A stretch of 64,000 bases of DNA from contig CM119265.1 in assembly GCA_051294375.1 (NCBI GenBank), positions 22,650,591 through 22,714,590 on the forward strand. The letters run 5' to 3'. This document shows, one piece after another, positions 1 to 19,800 of the stretch (its first letter is position 1; each line of letters opens with the position of its first letter). The stretch comes from Paraspadella gotoi (taxonomy: Eukaryota > Animalia > Chaetognatha). The notes beneath the pieces were generated by a model. It made no database searches. It saw only the letters and a program-made list of their open reading frames with translations, and was not told the origin of the DNA. A program made the translations under genes and the position numbers.

Positions 1-484
1 TTTCAACCGCGCGTTCGACGACTCCTTCGGCCGTCATTTCTCCCGCCGTGGCTCTGCTTTGTCCCGCCTTTACCTTTAAGCCTTTCGACGTTCGCGACGT
101 CGCCATCGACCTTTTTCGTTCGCCCCTTTAAAAAAATCAATATTTAATATTTATACATGTAAATGTTTAAGATTTTATAGCAAATTCGTATGCATTTTTT
201 GACCAAATCACGGTTCCGTCCATTTTAATTATTTTATTCACGATGCCATTTCTTTTTTCAGCGAATGATTTAAGCAAACGTTTGAGGAAAATGAGGCGAA
301 AAATAAAAAGGCTTCAGTTTCATCGTTCGTGTTGAATCCCCCAGACTGGAGATTTGAGAGAGAACTAGTGATATATAAAACAAGTTGTAGAAATATGTCC
401 CACTTTCCCCCCATTTATATGTTTGCCCTTTGTTTTCTTTAGGAGATTTTACTCCTTCTTTTCTTACCAGATATACGAGGCCAT
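1..484 (-). CDS. 5' part of an unidentified gene divergent from JIP3; runs off the window start
   Basis: ATG at 484, exon 484-468 ending in donor ctg|gtaaga, acceptor tttttaaag| at 126. The joined frame is open to base 1: MASYIWGERKRSMATSRTSKGLKVKAGQ... No family recognised. Confidence 0.4.
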
Positions 485-1052
485 ATATAGATACTTAAGA
501 CTCCGCCCGTCATCAAACTGCCTTTTACGAGGTGCTAGGACGCCCTTCACCTTTGATACCGTTTACAGACAGTGATGTCATGGCCATAGAGCCCACTATG
601 AGACCACACTCCAAGAGACTTGTGGACGTACTGGTGGTCAGACTTTAGCCTCCGTCATACTCGTGGACGGACTTGTGGTCCACGCCATTCGACCACACCC
701 GGGTGACGATAGCCTCGTCGACCACAGGCTCACGGCACCGACTTGCGGCGCGGTCGGGCCCCGACTCCCTTCATCACGGCGAGCCGACGTTTTCGGCGCA
801 CGCGCAACGGCGCAAGACGCGGCCACACCCATTTCCGGAGACAGCGAGGGACGTGGAGGACGGCGTTCCTCCGTAGCGGCGCGAAGCAGAGGCGACTCCA
901 TGGGCACACGGCAAGTGTTCATACTAAAGTCAGTGCCACTCGCAATAACTGACAGTTTCTTGGCACGCGTCTCTCATTAACCGTTGATAAAATAACCGTT
1001 CGATCTCTGAAACTCCGACATTCGGTCGCGTCCTCCCGCCCCTCTCTTCGCC

Positions 1053-9748
<8,696 letters not shown>

Positions 9749-10485
9749 GAATTTTTATAAATCATATGCTGTTAATTATTATCGTACACCCCTTTTCCGT
9801 GAATAAGGAATCGGATTATGATTTTAGATGTTGGTCATCCGCCAATTTATTCAACAAAAATTTTAAATGAAATCGTGATGGCTTGAGTCTAAAATTCATC
9901 TCATGGTTTTTTAAGACGTGCAAAGTTTTATTTTTTTTAGTTCCAGTTTATATATTAAAATGTTTATTTTTATTTAGTTTGTTGGATTTTATTTATTCAG
10001 GTCACGTAGTGGCGTGAATTGCTTTGGTTTCATCCTTCTAGTCATTTTCTGCAGCAGACGTAGTCGACTATCTCGAAATTTTATTTACATTTATCTCCTT
10101 AATCCAACAATGCTTTTTCGAAAATAACAATTTTTTTAGCATGCCAGAACTTTTTCAAATGGAATCGTTTGAATTACTTAGTATACCTTCGATTTTGTTA
10201 TACTTGTACAAACGCATTTAAGTTACGTGTTCATTTGGTTGCTTTAAAAAAAAAAATTTACAATAACTTATATTTCATGCTTGTTTTCTCGATTTGTTGC
10301 ACTTTGTCTTTTTATTTCAGGAGGATGACCAACTGAAAACAAAAACAGAAAAAAAACAAAAAACAAAAACGCAGAAAAAACTAGTAACACTCGCGTTTTT
10401 GTTGCGACGGGAAAAAAAAGGAAGCAAAAACGCCGCGACATCCCGGAAATCTTTTCCCTTTCGGTCATTCATCCTCTTAAAGATA

Positions 10486-11941
10486 ATGAACCAAGCTTTG
10501 AGATTAACTTCGTCGCTGTTGCGGTGCCAAGCGTCGGAAAATCACCTCTACACCGTCGCAAGCCTTAGCTTTCAAAGGCCGCTGTCTTCCTCGACGGAGG
10601 CCAAAATCTTGGACGGTGAGTCGGTGATACGTGGCTGTTCTTTTGTCCATCGTCAAATCCTGGGATCGGTTCACCTTGTTCGCAGGTAAAGCCCTCGCCA
10701 AAACGATCGAGGAAGAGGTGTCGGCATCGATCGCTTCTCTCACGGCGTCGGGCCGTCGAGCGCCCCATCTGACGGCGCTCATCGTCGGCGACGACCCCGC
10801 ATCTCGCACTTACGTCTCTAACAAGATCAAGGCCTGCGAGAGGAGCGGGATCACCTCCGACACGATCAGATTCCCGGTCAACGTCTCCGAGAAGACGTTG
10901 CTGGAAAAGATCGCCGCGCTCAACGAGGTGTGAATCGTTGGGCAATGTGTAGTAGGGTGTAATGATTGGCTTGTTAATTTCTTTTCTAAGATTTTCGTAA
11001 AGGTAATAAAATGATCATAAACCCCCGTAACTTTCACGGTAACGATAAGGATCCGTCGGTTGACGGCATTCTCGCTCAACTTCCGGTTCCGCCCCACATT
11101 AACGAGCGACGAGTTTGCAACGCGGTTCATCCTTCCAAAGACGTTGACGGGTTCAACGTATTGAACGTGGGGCGCCTAGCCTGCGACCACGATGCGCTCA
11201 TGCCCGCCACTGCTCTCGGTTAGAGTCAAGATACAATAGTAGTAGTCAGTTTTTTACTGGGATCTAATTTTTACTCATGTCTGTTCATTGGCGGGCTTCA
11301 GGGGTTATCGAACTTTTACGACGGCACAACATCGAAACCTTTGGCAAAAACGCCGTCGTCTGTGGCCGCTCGAAAAATGTAGGATTGCCGGTGGCGATGA
11401 TGCTACATTCCGACGGTGAGAAGGCGGTCATAAAAAAAAAATAATGGAAATTATAATTTGAACTTTTTTATGGGAAAAAAACTTAATTTTTTAATGTCCT
11501 CTCAAGGGGATCACGAATATCCCGGTTTGGACGCGACCACCACTATTTGCCATCGCTACACTCCCCCGGAACAATTGAAGGTTTTCACGGAAAATGCGGA
11601 CATTCTTGTAGTGGCTGTGGGAATCCCTTATCTCATTAAGGCCGACATGGTGAAGGAAGGCGCCACCGTCATTGACGTCGGCATAAACGTAATCGACTCG
11701 GAAAAGGGTGAGGAAAAAGTCTGGACGGCGGTTCGCGTCGACGCGAAAGAATCGAAAAGGTAGAATTTTTGTTTTGTTTTTAGGTAAACGGAAACTTGTT
11801 GGTGACGTCGACTTTGAAGGCGTTCTCCCCAAGGTGGCGCACATCACGCCGGTTCCTGGCGGCGTTGGTCCGATGACCGTCGCCATGTTGCTCAAGAACA
11901 CCCTCAAGGCCGCCGGCAAACAAGTCTCATACGACTTTTGA
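10486..11941 (+). CDS. MTHFD2: Mitochondrial methylenetetrahydrofolate dehydrogenase/cyclohydrolase
   Basis: Presequence-like N-terminus, [63 protein letters not shown]. Confidence 0.93.
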
Positions 11942-12676
11942 TCCTTTTTTTAGCTTTACCAAATCTTCGCGCTTTTTTGAAGACATTTTTTCTTTTATTT
12001 TTTTTCTTATTTGACGTGTCTTTTTGCCGTCTTTAATTATGCTTGAGAGATTATTTTTTTACTTACCTTGCCAATGAATTTGGCATTTTTTATGGGTTGT
12101 TAACGCTGTTGTGATCAAAGACAATCTTATATGTCTGTATTACTACTGTAACATGCCCGCTTGAATCTCAGCCTTTCATAGATAGAGCATATCAATCATG
12201 CAAACTTTTACTTTTCATATATTAATTTCCAGTCGTTTTCATTTATGGATCTCACTTTTTGGACGTATCAGTTCAATGAATACCCTGACCATTACTGTTG
12301 GCATGAAAATATACTAAAGTATTCTTTGACTTTGTATTAATTGTTAGAGATTGAGGCAGGATGTATAAATCATTAAATTCAATTCAATTCTATCACGTCT
12401 ATTAGAGAAAAATTCCCTAACATAATAGCTGTTATTTTAAATCTTAAAATGAAAAGGATTTTGTTAGTATTAAAGACTAAATGTATGTTGGTCGCTGGGT
12501 ATAATGATTTGGCATGTATGACAAAAACTGTTATCTTCACTTATCAATTAGAACATGCTATTTTTGACTTACAGAACTATCAAACCCTATGTTAGTTTAA
12601 AACATTTAAACTTGATAAAGAAAAGCCTAAACAACAAAAAAGAAGCAATTGCAGTTGTAACGAAAGAAAAATAAAA

Positions 12677-15600
12677 ATGAGCGTAGGGTCGTCGCCAGGA
12701 TCCATGGGCGAAGTCTCCGCCTACAACTGGCGCGACGTCACCGCCATGTTCCAGGATGCCTCGGCTGAACTCTCTCGAGGTGAACTTCTGCACGACGCCA
12801 ACTTTGGTCTCTTCGAGGCCATGAGCGCCATCGAGATGATGGATCCCAAAATGGACGCTGGAATGTTGTGCAATCAGGTTCGAACTCAAGTTACGTAGCT
12901 TGAAAATTTTTAGTGTTATTTTCCAATATGAATCGCTATAGTTAATGGAACTCAAAAATGTTTATATAGGTATGCTTCTTGAAAACGATTTACGCATTTT
13001 CTTTCTAATTTACTTTCTGTAATTCTAAAGAATATTGGATAACATTTTATTTTTGTCTCCCTAATAAGGGAATTCGAAAAATTCAATCACTCGAACATGG
13101 CATTGAAATTGGCGAAGTGAAAATATCTAACTTGTCGGATAAGGAGCTCGTCGCCATCATGGATGCTACGTTCTGTTGTCTGGTCACTTGGTTAGAAGGT
13201 CATTCAACCGCTCAGGTTAGTTTTCTAGTTCTTATTCATTTATTAAAGGTGATAGACATGGGTTGAGTTTTTTTCGGCCACGCCTCTTTCACCCTTTTTT
13301 TGCCAGCGCAGACTCTCTTCACCAACGTCTACCTTCACAATCCTTTCGTGATCGAGGATGTCTCCCTCAAGTCGTTCTGCATCGCGACCCTACGGATGAT
13401 CGATTTGGTGCGCGACTTGTGCAATCGCGCCTCCGCCTACGAGGAAGAGGACTTCCAACCTTTGACTTACGGCTTTAAACTGGCGCCCGAAGTCACCGAC
13501 GTCCGGGCGTCGGGGATGCTCAAAGAAGCCGAGGACGAATTGCAACGAAGGATACGTAACGGTAATTCGAGTGACTCTCCAGATTTGTATCTAGAGAATT
13601 AGAAATCTGTATGCTTGTTGAATGCATAATGATTTACATACATAGTAGTTACCGTAATCCTTTTTAAACTTAATTTTCCCCCTATTCGCGTAAGTTCGCG
13701 CCAAAAGCGCCGAATGCAACGGAAACCACGAGGGCGAAAACAAAATTCGCCCGGAGCAGGACGAAGCGGCCTCCGTAGCGGCCAGGATCAAACTCCTGCG
13801 TCATTTCCTTCTGGCGTTGACGGCATTTTCCAAAGGTGAAATCCTCTAGTGATAACAATGTTAAATTTTGAAACGAGTTTGGTAAATGGATAGCAAGTGG
13901 AGAAACGAGATAAGAGGCAATTAATTCATGAGAAATTATTTATATGATGATAGTGTTAGCAACTGACTGGGACGCCTTTTCTTCCCCTCCAGAGAAATGC
14001 GCTGGCGTGACGGAGGCTCAGCGTCACTTGACGCTGATGCGCGAGAGTCTGGCGTCGGTGGCCGCATCGCGCCACAAAGACAACTGCGAGGAAGTCGAAG
14101 ATTATCCTAAAGTCATGGGCTTCGAACAAAGAATAACGCAGCGTCTGTTGCCTCCGACCTTCCCACGATACTCGAGGTCAGTCTCTGTCAAAATGTCTTT
14201 CTGATGGCAAAAGTTTTATAAATTTCGAAAAATTGTTTTCAATAAGAATCAAATCCTGGAAGGAAACAGTCGGCTATTTGTCCTCCTTCCTCGACCGACT
14301 TGATCGCGCCACGCGGGCGCTCTCCCTCAACAACCTACACCTTCTCGTTGACTTCTTCAGTCAGTTCAGTCGGTCCTCGCCCTGCGTACTTTCAAGATCT
14401 CTTCTTCAGGTGTGTGTGTTTATGTATATTTTTATCTCGCCAGACGGGCGAATGCCCGATTTGGGCGAGATGTTTATTCATTCAATATTTAGTTATCGCA
14501 TCAATAATCAATTACTATTATATCAATCAATTACTATTATATCAATCTATCAATTATTATTATATCAATCAATCAATTATTATTATATCAGTCAATCAAT
14601 TATTATTATATCAATTAATCAATTATTATTATATCAATCAATCAATTACTATTACATCAATCAATCAATTATTATTACATTAATAATTTATTATTGCATC
14701 AATCATTCAGGGTTTTTTTTTAAATTTTTTTATTAATTTTTTTTATAGTAACGTCTGGCGAGATCACTATACTTTTAAGATTTTTATTTCTTACACAATT
14801 CACATGTAAGATTTGGAGATTTGGGAGTTATGTCTGAGTATTTTGTATTTTTACCCTTCAGTTGATGGTCGTCCCCCCGAATCGCCGCCTCTTCGGGACC
14901 AATCAACTCGCCGACTCTTTCAAAGAAACTCTTAAAACTTTTATTCAGCCGCCAGTGTTCAACCCCAAGTGTCCCATCTCCGGTCTTCCGCAAGCCAAAG
15001 AAGGTACGTAATCGTAATGGAAATAATTGTTTCCACTACTTAATTCTTTTCACTTTCACCTCCATGTCTCCTCACAGCCGTGGACGCTTACCTGACCCGC
15101 GTCTCCTTCCCCGTCGTCTCCCTCTTTCTCCTCTTCGGCCATAATCGCGCCCGCCAACGGGACAAGTGGGTCGCCGTCCTGGAAGAGTTCGTCTCCCTGC
15201 AGGAGGAGAGCGAAAAGCTCGATCAATTCCTCCAGTCTCAGTGGATCAAATTCGTTCCAGGAAAACCCTTTTTCGCCAGCTTCACCACCTGGAACCTGTA
15301 CCACGTAATTCTAGCCATGATCGCCTACACTGAGACGGGTTTCGAGCTGGAACTCTACGCTGCGCACGAGTACACCTACGTGCTGTGGTACCTGGGGGAG
15401 TTCTTGTACGGGTGGTTGTTGTCCACATTGTCGAGGTAAGACAATTAGTGTTTAATTCGGTGTTTGCAAAAATCTATTGAACATTAATCGTTGATTAAAT
15501 TAGAGCGGACAATTACTTAACTCAAAACACTGCCTACTGCGATGAGCTTCAAAAATCGTCGAAATCGAACAAGAAAAACAAAAAGAACAAGAATAAAAAG

Positions 15601-16324
15601 AACCGACCCTACGCGAGGGAAATTTTGTTTCTCCAAGCAAATCAAAATCTTCTCTTGGGCACTTATAAGGCTGGTGAGTAAAAAATTTGACGATTCGTTA
15701 AAAATACTTTTTTTTATCATTTTTACCCGTTATATTCCCAGTGTTAGCATTCCAGCAAGAAGGGCGCATGTCCCTCCCCAAGTTTGAATTCGACTCTGAG
15801 GAAGTAAGGTTTAACCGACGTTTCGCCCCTTTTGCTTGCATCGCCACGCCCCCTGCCATTCCATATGCTCAATACGCCGAGATTACTGACTTGTCCAGGT
15901 CAGTTAAATACGTGCAGCAGTCAGAAAGCATTTGGTAAAAACAATTTTCACTATTAAATGTTTGTTTGTAGGCACGACCAGTCTCCAACTTTCATGGATC
16001 TTTTCAGTTTATCCTTAAAGCACTTTTCCCAGGCCAAAGGAATGTACGAAAGCTTGCAGGTGACCACGTGAAGGATCTTATGGTTTGCTCATTAACCGAA
16101 CTTCTACTTAATCTCGCTCTCTGTACTCTTTCATCCAGGCCGGAGAGTATTCGCCTGCTCCCGGAATGCCCCAAGAACTTTCCGAGTTGGAAAACCTCAT
16201 CAAAATATCAAAGACCAACTACGTAGTGATAAAACTTCTGATGGGAGGTCACAAATCGGATAAAAAGGACAAACCTGAGTGGGATTTCTCGTTGCACCCG
16301 ACCTACCCAATTATCAAAATCTAG
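12677..16324 (+). CDS. NAA35: NatC auxiliary subunit (MAK10)
   Basis: [80 protein letters not shown]-terminal [16 protein letters not shown]. Confidence 0.95.
14431..14785 (+). mobile_element. Helentron/DINE-1-like element, family C, with an internal minisatellite
   Basis: subTIR atctcgccagacg (14434-14446) and cgtctggcgagat (14752-14764), short 5' inverted copy gggcgagat (14463-14471), 3' end cttttaagattttt. Lies in an NAA35 intron. Confidence 0.75.
14498..14705. repeat. AT-rich minisatellite, units of about 17-21 bp (atcaatcaattattatt)
   Basis: Tandem degenerate units inside the element above. It explains the spurious [12 protein letters not shown] ORFs. Confidence 0.9.
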
Positions 16325-16868
16325 ATCTCTCACAAAAGGAGAAAAAAAACAATTATACCTGGTCCTAGTCCTCTAAAAAAGAATTGTTAAACGTAGATTT
16401 AGTTATACCAAGTTCCAGTTTTGACGTTGTTTATTGCTGCATAGTGCATAGTCTAGTATGCCACTGAAAAAGCAAAGAGCCACTTTAGCTGTGTCTCTCT
16501 CCCTCTTTCGCTCTCTCACGACCTATTTTTTTCAGCGTTATGTAGCGTCAGCAATAAAAAAAAACTATGCTCAACGAGGACACGGACGCGCCTCTCTCGT
16601 CGCCTTAACGACAGAGGCGTCGTTCGCTGTCGTTTTTCCTCGGAAAGCTCGAATGAATCCTGGATTAGAGGGATTCGCCCCCGCGAAAAAAAGTGTAACT
16701 TAAAGACGCCATGATCGTCGAAAACTGTGGGGAAATCACGTGACTTTTCTAGAGAGAAAAAGGGCGCGCGGTTTGGTTTCTCGCACAACCCCCTTCCACT
16801 TTCGCCGCGCTTCTCTTTCCCCCCCCCCAGCGCGCGACTCCCGTCAGCCCCCCCTTCCAGGATGAGCC

Positions 16869-19800
16869 ATGCAAGCGGCAAAGAGATACACCTTGCTCGG
16901 CCTTTCTCTCGCGCTGCTCTTCGCGTTTTGGCTGACAACGTCTCGATGGAGCTCTTCAACGCGCCGAGGCGGCGCCGGGCTCGTCCTGCCTGGCGCCGCA
17001 TTCAGCGACGCGAACGACGCATTGGCCGACGTCGACCCCGTTTCGCCGCGGCGTCGGCGCGAAGTCGCCGCAATCGTCAAGAAGCGGACGCTCTGCCGGA
17101 TGGAGACCTGTTTCGACTTGGAAAAGTGCCGGGCTGCGCCCGCCTACAGGGTTTACGTTTATCCAGTGCAGGTGGTCTTTTTTTTTAAACATTTTTGGAT
17201 ATTCTATGTAGTCCATTTTCTGGGGGTTTTTTTCTTATATTTTTAGCCGGATCTGCTAATAGCAGATTACGGTTCTATGATTCACTTTGTCGGTCCGTCG
17301 GTCCACCCCCTAAATCATCTCAGATCATCAAATTACGATAAATTTTGCAAAAAAAATGATGTCCGTCCGTCTCTTTTCGTCCTTCTGTCCGTCCGTCTCC
17401 CCTTAAGTTTGAACCCCAATTGGAGTGGATGGGGCGATTGACCTAAAATTTTGTGAGTGAGTGAGGAAAAGTGTGATTGAGCTGGAAATAAAATTTTTAT
17501 GGAATCGTCCAAGTGGAAATGAGTTTAAATAAAAAAACACAAAATCTGTTTCACTATTAGATAATGCTTTTTATCGTCGCAATCGCTAAGCGTTTGCGAC
17601 GATATTGTAACACTTTTGCGCATAAGTGGCGTAGGCGTCGGCGTCGTCGTCGTCGGCGTTCCAAATTATACATCGCCTTTTTTATGATTAAATTTGGGTT
17701 TATGAAGCTGAAAATTTATATATAGCTTCTCATCATCGATGTGCTTAAAATTGAGTCTGGACAGTTATTAAATATGTTTTGTTTACGTTTTATCAAAACA
17801 AACAAATTTTCTTTCTTTTATTTTCATATTTCTTTCTCTCTCTCTTTTTTCTTTTAATTACATGTCTCTCTCCCCCTCTCTTTTCCCTATTCACTGATTC
17901 ATAATCATAGGGGAAAAAAACGAGTCTGCAGCTGGCTCTGCAGGGGCTTATTCTTTTTCTCTATTTTCTCCTGCTGCTTTTGTTGCTGCCTTTTGAGTCT
18001 GCAGCTGGCTCTGCAGGGGCTCTCTCTTTTTCTCTCTTTTCTCCTGCTGCTTCTGCTGCTGCCATTTGATTTCTGTCTTTTCTCTCTCTCTCTCTCTCTC
18101 TCTCTGTGTTTTTATTTAAAAAAAATTGAATTGGGATTAAACTCTTAAAATTAGGCATCGCATTCGTGCATGTTATCATTTTGCTATAGTAACATCGGGT
18201 TTTTATTTCACTTTAGTCTTTACTTCACTTCGTCAGTCTGATTCAAGTTTCACTTTGTCTTTTGTCTGGGAATGCTGACAGTGTTTAGAGAGGTCGCATT
18301 CGATCAAACTGCTCGCTTATGCGTGCTTAAAGTAAAACAAAAGTACCTTCAATAATGTTAATCCAGTCTTAGCACTTGCTAAAAATTAAACTCAAAAATA
18401 AGTTAATTTACTGTTTTATATTTATTCTTTTGACAATGAATTTTTTTTTTTTTTTTTTCAGAAACAAACTGTAAATTGACAATCGCAAAATAGAATTTTT
18501 CTTTCTGTTTATAAATTAATTTTCTTTTTTTCCCCCTTTCTATTCTTTCTTTCCTTTCTATTCTTTATTTATTCTTTTTTTCTTTTTCTTTCTGTTTATA
18601 AATTTTTTTTTTTTCAAATTTGATTTTTTTTAATATCAAAATTTGTCGTCAATCCAGATTTTTCTTATGCAATTGCGACGATCCTTATGCTTTTAAGATT
18701 TTTTTATAACACTGATGAAGGCTCGAACAAGAGTTGAAACATGTCTGATTAAATTAAATAAAAAAATCGTTGTAATACAAACTCTAAACTTTGTTTTCAC
18801 TAAAACACCTAAACAACGAAAAGAAAGGAATACCACACTATGATTTTTTTATATAAATCAAACAACTCTAAATAATTAATTAATTAATCAATTATTTATT
18901 TAATTAATTGATAATTAATTTGAATGGCTGATGGAAAAGAGGATGGAAGAGTGAGAAAGAGGGAGAGATAGTAAATAGAGATTAGAGAGAGACTAACTAA
19001 TTACTCTAAATTATTTATTTATTTGATAATTAAAATTATTTAATTAAATAATTAATAAATTAATTAATTAATTAGCTGCCTACCGCTTAATGACCGTGAG
19101 CAGATCCGGCATTGTTTTCTCAAACTTGTTTTTTCTAAAACATTAGCATGTTACATTTAATGTTTGTCCTATTATTTAGTCAGTTATACAACAATCAAAG
19201 TTTATTACTGAAAAAAAAGTACCCGTGTTGATTTAGCGAAAAAACAAACGAGCAAATTAAAACTTTTGTTAGGGGGCGAATCCTGCGTACCCCCTAACGG
19301 GTAATGAGTGTGGGGTGACCAAAGGAGTGTCACTAAAAGTCAAGGCGTGGCAGAATGACTCGCTCCAACCAGGGAATGATTGATCTCGGGCGGCCGTGCA
19401 TTGACAGTGCACCCTAGAATCTACACAGATCAGAAGAGAAACACTATGATCAAGAACCACGTAACCTATCAGTAACCCAACACCTCTCCTATAATCATTA
19501 ATAACTCATGATAGCTGAAAAGGAAAGACAATGAATAACAAATATCAATCAATGAATAATTAATGAATAGACCCGTGTCAATGGATCAATATTCAAATAA
19601 ATAAAAGTCCGATGATGAATCTTCACGACAGTTTCTTCCCGACACTTTGTCATGAATTTATTTATTCTTAAATGATTGAATGACCGTTGATGGCACATCG
19701 TTAAAAAACCGTCGAGACATCAATTTTATCAGTAATTAATCACCATATTTTTTTTAAGGAGAGAATTTCTCCGTCGTACGGCAAAATACTCAGCACCATA

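Larger units (their letters stand above)
17241..19134 (+). mobile_element. Helentron/DINE-1-like element, family B (outer element)
   Basis: subTIR gccggatctgct (17246-17257) and agcagatccggc (19099-19110), 5' inverted agcagat (17261-17267), gtcc microsatellite, T-rich ends. Confidence 0.7.

Noticed and set aside
560-700. RNase P/MRP, 7SK or telomerase RNA identity for the structured block
   Set aside because: Only a partial aaagtctga match. The partner conserved regions and a telomere template were not found.
638-980. Overlapping short ORFs in the GC-rich block
   Set aside because: No recognisable motifs; expected by chance at high GC.
14233-14736. ORFs with QSINYYY repeats
   Set aside because: Read-through from an NAA35 exon into the intronic minisatellite.
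18205-18240. Minus-strand ctgacga..gaaa motif
   Set aside because: No stem II pairing and no cleavage triplet context.
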